A stretch of 64,000 bases of DNA, taken from IMG/VR virus record IMGVR_UViG_3300026320_000001, positions 83,694-147,693 of that record; one strand, given 5' to 3'. The notes under the pieces are model-generated. The model saw nothing but the letters and a program-made list of their open reading frames with translations, had not been told where the DNA came from and did not search any database. Source of the DNA: a virus. Within the stretch, counting starts at the first letter, position 1. Every line of letters begins with the position of its first letter. This document shows positions 30,020-39,542 of this stretch, piece after piece. The translations under genes were made by a program, and so were the position numbers.

Positions 30020-30088
30020 TTCCTAAAAATAAATTGACGGCAGGACATTTAGGAAATGTCTTTTCAGTTCTAGTTACCTAGCCGTCAA
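30020..30088 (-). ncRNA. structured 5' leader RNA (three-way junction plus pseudoknot), copy 1
   Basis: P1 TTGACGGC/GCCGTCAA, GAAAA junction, P3 GACAT/ATGTC with loop TTCCTAA complementary to downstream TTAGGAA. Confidence 0.55.
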
Positions 30089-30092
30089 AAAT

Positions 30093-30121
30093 ATTATACC
30101 ACAAAATCTTTATTTTGTCAA
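30093..30121 (-). promoter_or_regulatory. sigma70/sigmaA promoter for the endonuclease
   Basis: TTGACA-17-TATAAT with extended TG. Confidence 0.85.
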
Positions 30122-30127
30122 TATAAA

Positions 30128-31059
30128 TTATCCAATAGTTAAGAATGTTAATTCAAGAATTTTAGTAGCATCGAATGTTCCTGCAACTGCATAAATTGAA
30201 CCTTCTAGGGTTGTTGCCGCTGTCACTGTGCCAGCATCTACAGAACCATTAAAATCTTTTGATAAAACATTATTTGTGTTATCAATAATAGAAGGAAATC
30301 CAACTTTATTACCAACACCAATCGAAACTGTATCTGTCAATCTGTTACTTAATGACCTTATTACAAGGCGGATAGTATTTTCATGCTATCTCTGCAATTT
30401 TATATATTGTTGCAGTTCAGACTATATATTCACGCTTAAAATAAGCGGGATGAGTTCAGCATTTATATTACTATAAATGCCCCGTAGTCGTTAGAGGTTC
30501 TTTTGTTTTTTATATAAAAGTCTTCCTACGGTCTTGTCCATTTTTGGATTTTAACCGTTATACTCATCTTCTAATTAATTTTTATTTAATCCATATATTA
30601 CTATATGTTCAGGCAAAATTTACCTGCATGTGTTTCGGCGGGAAGGTCTACCGATGTAATTGTTGCGAAAGCTTTTACGCCCAAAACTTCAGTTGCTCCA
30701 TTCAAAGCAATTGTGTCAGTAATTGCTGTGCCAGCCATATTTGTTCCATTAACTGTGACGTTTCCAACATTACCAGACGCATTTCCCTTTATTGTTGCAA
30801 TTCTTGGAAAGTCTGGATTTGTAAATGTTCCAGTAGCATATCCAACTTGCGCTCCCGATGTCAACGCAATTGCCGCATGAACATAAGTTGCAGTTCCAAG
30901 TGCTGGAGTTGTTGAATATTTAAGTGTATTTACTGGTGAAAGAGTTCCAGCACCAGAAAGGGATGCTCCACCCATTATCAAAGTTCCCAACTGTGCCCTT
31001 TGAGATGCCGCATTCATATTATTTAAATCAGAAATTCTTTTAGCTGTAACAGTAGTCAT
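30128..31059 (-). CDS. probable virion protein, spliced (exons 31059-30622 and 30337-30128; 215 aa)
   Basis: Removing 30338-30621 joins ...LPAETHAG|TDTVSIG... in frame; Thr/Gly/Ala-rich, AGGAGG RBS. Confidence 0.8.
30338..30621 (-). ncRNA. group I intron, ORF-less (284 nt)
   Basis: P1 CAGGU/GCCUG with U.G at the 5' splice site; P7 elements AACGACUA and UAUAGUC; P3 GAUGAG/CUCAUC; terminal G; in-frame exon join. Confidence 0.9.
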
Positions 31060-31154
31060 ATTTTAAAACCTCCTAATTAAGTCATTATTTTGTCTAAATA
31101 TTTTTAGACGGTAAAGAAATAATATTATTTGACAAAAATAATATTCAAACCATT

Positions 31155-31664
31155 TTATTTCCAATAGCTATCTGCATTCAATTCATAAAATTTTTGAAAT
31201 GAATAAGATTTTTCATCTTTTATTTCTTCACCAAACCAATAAGGAATCATAAATTCATTCATTTCTTTTTCAGAATAAAATTCAACTTCTACAATTATAT
31301 CTCCATCTTCAAAATAGTCAATTGTAGCAGTTTGATAAATTCCTCCAGAACCAGTATTAACCGTTGGTAAAGTAATAAAAACTCTCTTTTTTTTAATTGG
31401 TATTTTTCCAATAAAATCAAATATTCTTATATATTGATTTTCTGTAATTTCAGGTTCAATTTCTTCTCTCACTCCATCATTTAAATTGTACTTTGTACAA
31501 TGAGTATAAACAGTATATTCTTCTCCAATCATTTTTCTTATTCTGTTAGAAGGATAAGATTCATCATTAGAGTTTGTATAAACATCTTCAATATCCACAT
31601 TTCCTGAAATACATTCAGCAGGAGGTAATTCTTTTAGCTTCCATCTTCTTTCTTTTTCTAACAT
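31155..31664 (-). CDS. CYTH-domain (triphosphate tunnel) protein
   Basis: EKERRW (ExExK/R), RIR, REEIE, IVEVEF, PYWFGEEI. Confidence 0.85.
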   Translation of the reverse strand: MLEKERRWKLKELPPAECISGNVDIEDVYTNSNDESYPSNRIRKMIGEEYTVYTHCTKYNLNDGVREEIEPEITENQYIRIFDFIGKIPIKKKRVFITLPTVNTGSGGIYQTATIDYFEDGDIIVEVEFYSEKEMNEFMIPYWFGEEIKDEKSYSFQKFYELNADSYWK

Positions 31665-31675
31665 AAATCCTCCTT

Positions 31676-32497
31676 TTATAAAACAAATGGGTTTGGATGT
31701 TCATTTGGTTGTAAAATTCTAATTCTCCATTTAGGAAGATAATTTTTATTATTTCCCACAGCAAAAATTGGAATTATTGAATTATTAATATATTGTGGAA
31801 ATGGGTCTGATTTATTTTCCCTATATTTACCAGTCCATTGACTTCCAGTTGGATTGCTAGAAGTTGATTCAAATAGATTTCCATTTTTATCAATCCATAT
31901 TTCAATTCTTACTGAATTTGATGGTCTATAAAACATATACCAATTATCTATTAAATTATATTGTTTATAATTTCCCAAACAATCAATAGCATCAAATTCC
32001 CAACAATCTTCTCCAGAAATTCTTTTTTCTCCAGTTATCTTTAATATAGTTCCACCACAAGCAGACGGTTGTAATCTCATATTTTCATTATCTAAATTTT
32101 TTTCATTCACATAATCAGCATTAGTATCACTACCATATCTATTTGTTATAAACCTATCCCCCTTCATTAATGAACTCCAAGAATATTTTGCTTGTTGTTC
32201 TGTAATGCTTGGAGATAATGACCAACATAAATTATGCATCCATAATTGAATATCTTCTGTCATGTCAACATAATCATCAATAATAAATCTGGCAACAGCA
32301 GGAAGACCCTTAATTCCTCTAGGTGCTTCATTTCTTGTTGGACGACTCACATGAAATCTGAGTTTTGAATTTGTAACAATATAATCAGGCCATTGTTGGT
32401 CATAGTCAAGATTTACAACTCCAAAAATATTATTGTTTTGATTATTTTCTATAATAGAATAATAACTTTCATTTTCATATTCAACTGTTATTTTCAT
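31676..32497 (-). CDS. hypothetical protein, lysis-cassette neighbour
   Basis: 273-aa ORF. Confidence 0.7.
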   Translation of the reverse strand: MKITVEYENESYYSIIENNQNNNIFGVVNLDYDQQWPDYIVTNSKLRFHVSRPTRNEAPRGIKGLPAVARFIIDDYVDMTEDIQLWMHNLCWSLSPSITEQQAKYSWSSLMKGDRFITNRYGSDTNADYVNEKNLDNENMRLQPSACGGTILKITGEKRISGEDCWEFDAIDCLGNYKQYNLIDNWYMFYRPSNSVRIEIWIDKNGNLFESTSSNPTGSQWTGKYRENKSDPFPQYINNSIIPIFAVGNNKNYLPKWRIRILQPNEHPNPFVL

Positions 32498-32499
32498 GA

Positions 32500-32823
32500 C
32501 TATATCTTTGTAAAATCAGTTCCAACATATATTCCCCCATCGTTTTCAACTGTAACTTTTTTTGGTTTATAAGGGTCACTTGTTGAAACAACAACTTCTT
32601 GAACATAGATAATATTTGTATATCCAAGAAATCTTGGAACATAATAATTATTTGGTAATTTAATAAAATCTATTGTATAATTTATATTATTAATTTTTTC
32701 TATATTTGTAGTTACAACGTCAGAACTAAAAGTATAACCAATTGGCAATTCTGTTTGAGTATTTGTTTCAAACATACTTGCTGTCAATCTTGGTTTTACG
32801 GGATTTATAATTTTATAATTCAT
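32500..32823 (-). CDS. hypothetical protein, lysis-cassette neighbour
   Basis: 107-aa ORF with AAGGA RBS. Confidence 0.65.
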   Translation of the reverse strand: MNYKIINPVKPRLTASMFETNTQTELPIGYTFSSDVVTTNIEKINNINYTIDFIKLPNNYYVPRFLGYTNIIYVQEVVVSTSDPYKPKKVTVENDGGIYVGTDFTKI

Positions 32824-32834
32824 ATAGTTCCTTT

Positions 32835-34322
32835 CTATCTTTTAGATATGTTAGTTGTTATATATTTATTATCACTATATTCAACTGTTATTTTTTTTAT
32901 ATTATTATTTGGAATTGTTCCAGGAGGAATTGTTGTTTTATTTTTTATTCTAAATCCTAAAATATTTGCAACTCTTCTTAATTTATATCCGGGATAACGA
33001 ATAACATCATCTTCACCAGATGGTTTTCCTATTATTTTCACAATACCATTATCTCGAATTGCCATAGTGGTACTACCACCACCATCATTCATATACGCCA
33101 TATAACAACCTAATTTTAACATTATTTTTGCAACATCTTGAAAATTTAAACCTTCTTTACTATAATAATCTCCACCATCCACAACAAAGAAAAATATTGT
33201 TTTTCCATCTTCTGAATATCCCCATGCTGTTCTTGCTCTAATATCATCTATTGCTTTATTAATTGGAACAATTATTCCATTAATAACCAACCTGTTAGGA
33301 TGAGAAATTGCATTCCATATTGACGATGGACGAACAAGAGATAATTCATTATTTTTACCTATGTAAACAGGTTCTTCTATTCCAAATTTTCCATATACAT
33401 TTCCTTCACTTGAAGCATATCCTGCAATCGTAGTTGAAATAAATCCATCTCCATTGATTGCAAAATCTATATTAAATGCATCTAAATAATCAGGAACATA
33501 TTTTCTTGCTTGAAGTTGAGGACTCACATATAGTTCAATTTTATCAGAATCAACTTTCATAAGATGATATGTTGCTTTTCCATAGGAAGTATAAGTTTCA
33601 TATTTCTTATAATTAATTCCATCATAATATTGTTTTTCTTCCAATAATAAATCTTCTGTTGGAATTGGATTTATGTTTATTTGAATATTAAATCTTTTTA
33701 TCAAAGATATTTCATCTCCATTATAATAATTCAAATCAACAGATGAACTTTCAACTCCATATAAACTTCCAATTCCTTTATCTGTATATTGCCAAAATAA
33801 CCAACCCTTATCTTTCCAAGTATCGGGAATTGCAGGTTGTGGATTATAAGACGCTATCCATAAAGGATATTGATTAAAATATATATTTTCGCTTGATGGA
33901 ACATTATCTTTCCAATAGTAGAAGTTCGTATAAATTCCAATTTCTTTATTTCCTACTAAAATTTTTAAATGTTCAAGAAAAATTTTCCAATTTTCCCATC
34001 CTTTGAATTGACCACCATAATCTTTTTCAACATCTATAAACATTGGTAGTTCACCAAAATCACCGTCAAAAACACTCATATATAATTCAGCTTGTGTTTT
34101 TGGGTCAATTCTATCATCATAAAACCAATAACTTCCACGAGGAAGATTTGCTCTTTTAGACATTGACCAGTTATATAGAAAATCAGGGTCTTTCCATATA
34201 TTTTGTCCAGCCCTTACAATTGTAAATTTAGCATTTTGTGACATTATTGAAAAATCTATTTGTCTTACTGTTTCATCATTATCATTATATAAATCAACAT
34301 CAGTCCCTATAAGATAAGTCAT
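32835..34322 (-). CDS. endolysin: GH25 muramidase plus phosphodiester-glycosidase (NAGPA-like) domain
   Basis: GTDV, IDVE, GIYT, LWIASY, FWQYT, VDLN (GH25); AINGDGF, ARTAWG, VVDG, NDGGGST (NAGPA-like). Confidence 0.85.
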   Translation of the reverse strand: MTYLIGTDVDLYNDNDETVRQIDFSIMSQNAKFTIVRAGQNIWKDPDFLYNWSMSKRANLPRGSYWFYDDRIDPKTQAELYMSVFDGDFGELPMFIDVEKDYGGQFKGWENWKIFLEHLKILVGNKEIGIYTNFYYWKDNVPSSENIYFNQYPLWIASYNPQPAIPDTWKDKGWLFWQYTDKGIGSLYGVESSSVDLNYYNGDEISLIKRFNIQININPIPTEDLLLEEKQYYDGINYKKYETYTSYGKATYHLMKVDSDKIELYVSPQLQARKYVPDYLDAFNIDFAINGDGFISTTIAGYASSEGNVYGKFGIEEPVYIGKNNELSLVRPSSIWNAISHPNRLVINGIIVPINKAIDDIRARTAWGYSEDGKTIFFFVVDGGDYYSKEGLNFQDVAKIMLKLGCYMAYMNDGGGSTTMAIRDNGIVKIIGKPSGEDDVIRYPGYKLRRVANILGFRIKNKTTIPPGTIPNNNIKKITVEYSDNKYITTNISKR

Positions 34323-34335
34323 AATTCTCCTATCT

Positions 34336-34698
34336 TTATATCAAATATCCAAATACATCAATATCAACTGTACAATCAGATGTTGTTCCAGTAGCTATTG
34401 ATATTTCAAAACTATCATTTGAAATTAAATTTTGAAATTTTGTATTATTTGTATCTAATATAATAAAATCTGTTTCTGGAGTTGTCAAAGAAGATAAATC
34501 TACAGATTGTTTCCAATTTGTAAAATTATATTCAGTTCCACCAGCCATAGAAGCAGAAGGATTTCTAATAATAACATGTGTTATATATCCGGTTTTTCCA
34601 GAAGGAACAATATATAAACTATTATTTCCGACTGTTTTCATATCAACACCTTCAGATGTTGATAATTTTGTCATTGCTATTGTATTTAAATTTGCCAT
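34336..34698 (-). CDS. putative virion protein
   Basis: YIVPSGKT motif, beta-rich, GGAGG RBS. Confidence 0.6.
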   Translation of the reverse strand: MANLNTIAMTKLSTSEGVDMKTVGNNSLYIVPSGKTGYITHVIIRNPSASMAGGTEYNFTNWKQSVDLSSLTTPETDFIILDTNNTKFQNLISNDSFEISIATGTTSDCTVDIDVFGYLI

Positions 34699-34708
34699 AT
34701 TTATCCTC

Positions 34709-34894
34709 CTAAAAGTTAAAAACTATTTGTCCATCATAAGTTACGACATCTCCATCATAAATTACAGCGGAGGATAAATTAAAATTAAAATCAAATGGTT
34801 GTCCAGAACTAATCAAAACATTATATTGATTTTCATTTAAAGTAATAATTACATCTAAATTATCAGTAGGAGTAATAATTGGATTTATTGTCAT
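34709..34894 (-). CDS. hypothetical protein
   Basis: 61-aa ORF with AGGAG RBS. Confidence 0.6.
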   Translation of the reverse strand: MTINPIITPTDNLDVIITLNENQYNVLISSGQPFDFNFNLSSAVIYDGDVVTYDGQIVFNF

Positions 34895-34895
34895 A

Positions 34896-35246
34896 TTAAA
34901 CTCCTAGAATATTAAAATTTCCAGCCAAAATAGTTCTTGTATAAACTGTTATTGGAGTAATTTCTTGTTTTGGTGTATTCCAAACAAATTCCCATTTATA
35001 TTTTTCTGATGCAATAGGAAGAGATTCAATAGAATCTTTTGAAATAAAAAAATGTAATTTACCAATAGATAAATCGGTTTCAGTTATAACAATAGGTATT
35101 ATTGTCAAAGCTGTTCCAGAAGGAATAATGTTTGCTGTAAAATCATAATTTGTTAAATCAATACCAAAATCTGCATCAAAAGATAAATCATCTCCTAATT
35201 GCATTGTTAAATCAAGTTTTCCAGAATTTTGTTTTAAGTCAGTCAC
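34896..35246 (-). CDS. BppU-like small structural protein
   Basis: QLGD..F..DLTNY...RTILAGNF pattern; GGAGG RBS with GTG start. Confidence 0.55.
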   Translation of the reverse strand: MTDLKQNSGKLDLTMQLGDDLSFDADFGIDLTNYDFTANIIPSGTALTIIPIVITETDLSIGKLHFFISKDSIESLPIASEKYKWEFVWNTPKQEITPITVYTRTILAGNFNILGV

Positions 35247-35289
35247 ATTATTTTGCCTCCTTTATTTTATTGATAAAAGACATGTTTCA

Positions 35290-36054
35290 TTAACCTTTTG
35301 CTATTCCATGAACAAAACCAGTTCCAGCAGTTAAAGCAACCGTACCTTTTATTTGCACTTTATAGTATCTGTAAGGTGCTGGTGAAGCAACATAACTACT
35401 TGTTGCTAATGCAGAAACAGTAATTGGTGAACCAACAATAATAGCATCACTAAAATCAGTATCATTTGCCGCTACAACTTGCCAAGTAATAGAATTTGCA
35501 ATATCTGTATTTTGAATAGTATAAGCCATAACAGAATAATTTAATGCATCTATTCCTGAACCAACAACATCAGCATAACTATTTGTTGATAATTGAGCAA
35601 CAGGAGAAACTTCTAATGATGCATTGCTAAAACTTCCGCTAACTGAAACTACTTGATTACTAGGTAAAACAACTGGAAAACTTGCGGCGGATGTTTTTTG
35701 ACCCAATGATGTTGGCATTCTTTCAAAAGCCCATTTCACCAAACCTCTTAATTTTCCACTTATTGTACCGCTTGTATCGGTAATAACAGCAGAATCGGCA
35801 ACCGCCCCCTGAGTCGCATCTCCTCCGTTTGCAATTTCCACTTGTCCTATTGTTATAGTTCCGGTACTAACAGAAACAGGAAGACCATAAACAGACAGAG
35901 TTAAATCCTCTGCAATTATTCTCCAAGTTCCATCGTCTATCATGAATATTGTTCCACCAATTATACTTGCTCCAACGATTGTGTCATTATCAATATCCGA
36001 TGTTTCAGCTATATATGTGGGAACATTATTCTTTGAAATTAATTTTAATGTCAT
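35290..36054 (-). CDS. putative virion protein
   Basis: Thr/Ser/Gly-rich, LGQKTSAASFPVVLPSNQ fibre-type motif, GGAGG RBS. Confidence 0.6.
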   Translation of the reverse strand: MTLKLISKNNVPTYIAETSDIDNDTIVGASIIGGTIFMIDDGTWRIIAEDLTLSVYGLPVSVSTGTITIGQVEIANGGDATQGAVADSAVITDTSGTISGKLRGLVKWAFERMPTSLGQKTSAASFPVVLPSNQVVSVSGSFSNASLEVSPVAQLSTNSYADVVGSGIDALNYSVMAYTIQNTDIANSITWQVVAANDTDFSDAIIVGSPITVSALATSSYVASPAPYRYYKVQIKGTVALTAGTGFVHGIAKG

Positions 36055-36067
36055 ATTTTATTGCCTC

Positions 36068-37717
36068 CTATTTTCCAGCGTTTCCGCCATCTTCTCTTGT
36101 TTGAGAACCGCTATCAGTTAATTTAGATGTTGGTTTTGTTGGACGACCTTTTGTTTTAGTTGTTGAACTATCTCCTCCACTATCGGCTGGCATTTGCGCC
36201 CCCATAATAATTGGAGTTAATCCATCTACAAAATTATTTATTTTAGTCATCGCCAATTGACGTTCAAAATGATGAGGTAATTGACCCAATGCGGCCGCTA
36301 TTTTTTGCATATTTACTATACCATATGACATCATATCTTTTTGCATATTTAATCTTTCTTCTCTATTGGTAAAGAAATTTGTACCTTCAAGAAAAAATTT
36401 AAATTTTGTTTTTGTTTTTTTATTGATTTGATATTCCAAGAAATCAGAAAAATAAGGATAAATATGTTCCATCAAATATTCATCAACGTTTATTGATAAT
36501 TGAGATTCAACAGCATTATTTTTATCTAAAGTAAATATTAATCTAGAATTTACACCAGATGAAGCAGTAGTTGTTTTCAAAAATTCTTCATAAAATGGAG
36601 TTCCTAATGGAAAATCAATTGCTTTCATATCTTCAAGAGGAGCCGCACCTACTTTAATAGCTTCTGATAAGCCCGATTTTAATAAAGCAAGAAACTTTCC
36701 TAGCAAATCAGGACTAACAGCAACACTATCTTTAACAACTCCACCTTTAACATCTTTATTTAGCATTGGGATTTTTCCTAAAACTAATTTACTTGCACTT
36801 GCAATATAAGCATTTGTTTGTAGTTTACGAATAACTGGTTGTAAAACTACATCTGAAAACATAGGAGCAAGAAAAGGAATTCTTGTTGCTAATTCAGGAT
36901 TAAATTTGAAACACCAAAAACCATCTTTAGGACTTGTTTGAGTCCATAAAACCCATGAACCAGTTCTTCTATCAACTGGATTTGATGGATTATACTTTTT
37001 ATAAGATTCATTTTCTCCATAAACTCTATTATAAAGAGATTTAAAAATTCTAGGAAACATATTTATATCAACACCGGGTTGAATAAAATATAATATATCA
37101 AAATCAAAAAGCAATCCATAATCCCATCTACCAGTAATTAAACAATATTGATGATTTAATTCTTGAAGCGTATATCTATCACCTTCATCTCTCAATACCG
37201 AGAAAAATGCTTCTTGTCTAAGCATTTGTCTAATTGCTGTTCCAAATTCTTTTTTAATATCAAATTTATCTAAGAAATTGTTTACTATTTTGACATCTTT
37301 TTTATATTGTTTTAAAAATTTTGCATCTTCAAAATCAACATCATCTCCAATAGGAACATAAGTTAAATCAAAACTTAACATTCCAGAAAGATAATATAAA
37401 ACTCTTTTATATACCATTGATGTTAATTCAAAAAATTCAGAATATCCAACTAATTGTTCTTCATGTTCTTTTGGATTTAATAATGCCGCATCTATTTTAT
37501 CGGCTGTTGCCATTTGTGGTGACATTGAAACAGCTTGCAATTGTTGATTAACTAATTGAGGGGTATAAACATTTCCATATAAACTTGATGCAAATTGTAA
37601 AACATCCCAAACTTCTTTTTCTGACAATAAAATATCATCATTCTTAACTTTTATAATATCTGTTGATTTTTTTGATGATGATTTTCTAGTTATTTTTTTT
37701 GATTTTGTTCTTGCCAT
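36068..37717 (-). CDS. portal protein
   Basis: Directly after TerL; 549 aa; C-terminal GRP low-complexity tail. Confidence 0.75.
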   Translation of the reverse strand: MARTKSKKITRKSSSKKSTDIIKVKNDDILLSEKEVWDVLQFASSLYGNVYTPQLVNQQLQAVSMSPQMATADKIDAALLNPKEHEEQLVGYSEFFELTSMVYKRVLYYLSGMLSFDLTYVPIGDDVDFEDAKFLKQYKKDVKIVNNFLDKFDIKKEFGTAIRQMLRQEAFFSVLRDEGDRYTLQELNHQYCLITGRWDYGLLFDFDILYFIQPGVDINMFPRIFKSLYNRVYGENESYKKYNPSNPVDRRTGSWVLWTQTSPKDGFWCFKFNPELATRIPFLAPMFSDVVLQPVIRKLQTNAYIASASKLVLGKIPMLNKDVKGGVVKDSVAVSPDLLGKFLALLKSGLSEAIKVGAAPLEDMKAIDFPLGTPFYEEFLKTTTASSGVNSRLIFTLDKNNAVESQLSINVDEYLMEHIYPYFSDFLEYQINKKTKTKFKFFLEGTNFFTNREERLNMQKDMMSYGIVNMQKIAAALGQLPHHFERQLAMTKINNFVDGLTPIIMGAQMPADSGGDSSTTKTKGRPTKPTSKLTDSGSQTREDGGNAGK

Positions 37718-37731
37718 TTTTCTCCTCTCTG

Positions 37732-39540
37732 TTAAACTACCATAATACTATTGAGAAATTCTTCATCAGTATTTCCGGTTTCTTTTAATAAATCGTTATC
37801 TAAAAATCCAACGAAATAATTTGCATATGAAACACAAGTATAACGGTCTTTTCTTGCTCCATCAGGTTCTTTTAATTTAATGTATCCTGCTTCTAATTTC
37901 ATAGAAAGATTGACACACTCATTAATAAACAAACTTGTTTGAATATATGGATGAAGAAAGAATGCTTTTATAGTTATATCATCATTATCTATTATTTTTT
38001 TATAAGTTTTCATTAAATATCCATCTGCAACTGTTTCTTCAACTAAAAATGAAAACATTTTTTTCTTTAATTTATCTCTAAATGCCACAGCAATTTCAGA
38101 ATTTAATTTTGCAGATGCAGAAATTGGAAATATATTTTCTTTAGCATTAATAGCCAAAGTACGTCTTGATAATTCTTCATAAACATCATCAGAAATTCCA
38201 ATATGTTTCATAACTGTCATTGCTTCGTATTCAATATTTCTTTCATCATCTTTTGTTATATTGCCTAATTGGTCAAAAATACTTATACCAGCGTTTGCTA
38301 TATCAAGCACAATATAATCAGCATTAAAATCAAAATAAATTTGTTTCAATCTCAATGTTTGAAAAACAGTATTTTTTCCAGAATGACTTTCCATATAATA
38401 TAATTCTCTGTGATACCCAACACTCGTTGGTAAAAGTCTAATGCAAGAAATAATTGTTAAGTCATTACTTCTTCCCGCACGAGTAGCAACATCACAAGAT
38501 ATTAAACGGATTTCTCCTTCAATTCTTTGGATGTCAAATGGATTTTCTTTCTTATTATATTCATCTTTTCTTTGAGGATAAAATGCTTTCTTTATATCTC
38601 TATTTTTTGCAAACATTGACATTTTAAAATAAGCATCTCCAGCTTCACCAGCAGGTATATTAAGATATTCTAATTGAAATGGAATTTCTTCCATTGTTTC
38701 TTTATCATTTTCAACCTGTTTTACTGTTTTTATTCTGTGATGAATAGCAGTTAAATAATCTGTGACAAAAAAACCAGAATCTTTTCCAGATAACATTTGT
38801 TTTATTGTAATCAATGCTTCTTTATACCACCATCCAGAAACAAAGTGTGCAGATGTAATGTGCATTTCTTTTGCTTCTTCGGGAGGAATAATATGATATT
38901 CAATATTTTGATTATATGGTGTTGGTCTAACATAAGCAAATGGTTTGATGATACTATCTAAAATATCCTTATCTACCAATCTACTTTCTTCTACTATAAT
39001 AAATGTTGCTCTGTGACCCCTCGCACTTTCTTTACTTGCCACAACTACAATATTACTTCCATTATGAAATATTACTTCATGTTTATTTTGTCCAGATGTA
39101 ATACTTAAAATTTCTCTTGCTATATTTGGATAATTATTATTTAAACTTTGTATTTTTTCGCCTATAATAATACCAGCTTGTGCCATAGTGGAAGAAACAA
39201 TAACAACTGTGCTTCCGGGATATAGTACACAACGAACTATCGCATAAAGTCCAATTAACCAACTTTTTCCAATACTTCTTGATGCAACAGTAAAAAATTT
39301 ATCTTTTATTCCCATTGCCCATATCCAGACAATTTGAAATGGATATAATTTTACACCAAAATAATGTTCTACAAAACGATGAGTATTGAGTCTATAAAAA
39401 GTAACCCAAGATTTTAATCTATCTTTTCTTTCTTGTGTTAATTCTTTTTCTTTTTTCATAACTCTTGGTTTTTGAAATAAGTTTTTACTTCTTGTATTTT
39501 TAAAATATTCTTGAGAATAATTTTTTATTTTTCCCACCAT
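37732..39540 (-). CDS. terL: terminase large subunit
   Basis: LYPFQ, ASRSIGKS (Walker A), ARGHR, IIVEE (Walker B), nuclease motifs SCDVA and KDRY. Confidence 0.92.
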   Translation of the reverse strand: MVGKIKNYSQEYFKNTRSKNLFQKPRVMKKEKELTQERKDRLKSWVTFYRLNTHRFVEHYFGVKLYPFQIVWIWAMGIKDKFFTVASRSIGKSWLIGLYAIVRCVLYPGSTVVIVSSTMAQAGIIIGEKIQSLNNNYPNIAREILSITSGQNKHEVIFHNGSNIVVVASKESARGHRATFIIVEESRLVDKDILDSIIKPFAYVRPTPYNQNIEYHIIPPEEAKEMHITSAHFVSGWWYKEALITIKQMLSGKDSGFFVTDYLTAIHHRIKTVKQVENDKETMEEIPFQLEYLNIPAGEAGDAYFKMSMFAKNRDIKKAFYPQRKDEYNKKENPFDIQRIEGEIRLISCDVATRAGRSNDLTIISCIRLLPTSVGYHRELYYMESHSGKNTVFQTLRLKQIYFDFNADYIVLDIANAGISIFDQLGNITKDDERNIEYEAMTVMKHIGISDDVYEELSRRTLAINAKENIFPISASAKLNSEIAVAFRDKLKKKMFSFLVEETVADGYLMKTYKKIIDNDDITIKAFFLHPYIQTSLFINECVNLSMKLEAGYIKLKEPDGARKDRYTCVSYANYFVGFLDNDLLKETGNTDEEFLNSIMVV

Positions 39541-39542
39541 AA

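Noticed and set aside
30020-30088. Leader RNA as a hammerhead ribozyme
   Set aside because: It contains CUGA but lacks the CUGAnGA ... GAAA ... UH order across three stems, and copy 2 lacks CUGA.
30128-31059. Two separate genes or a pseudogene
   Set aside because: The gap has complete group I intron signatures and splicing restores the frame.
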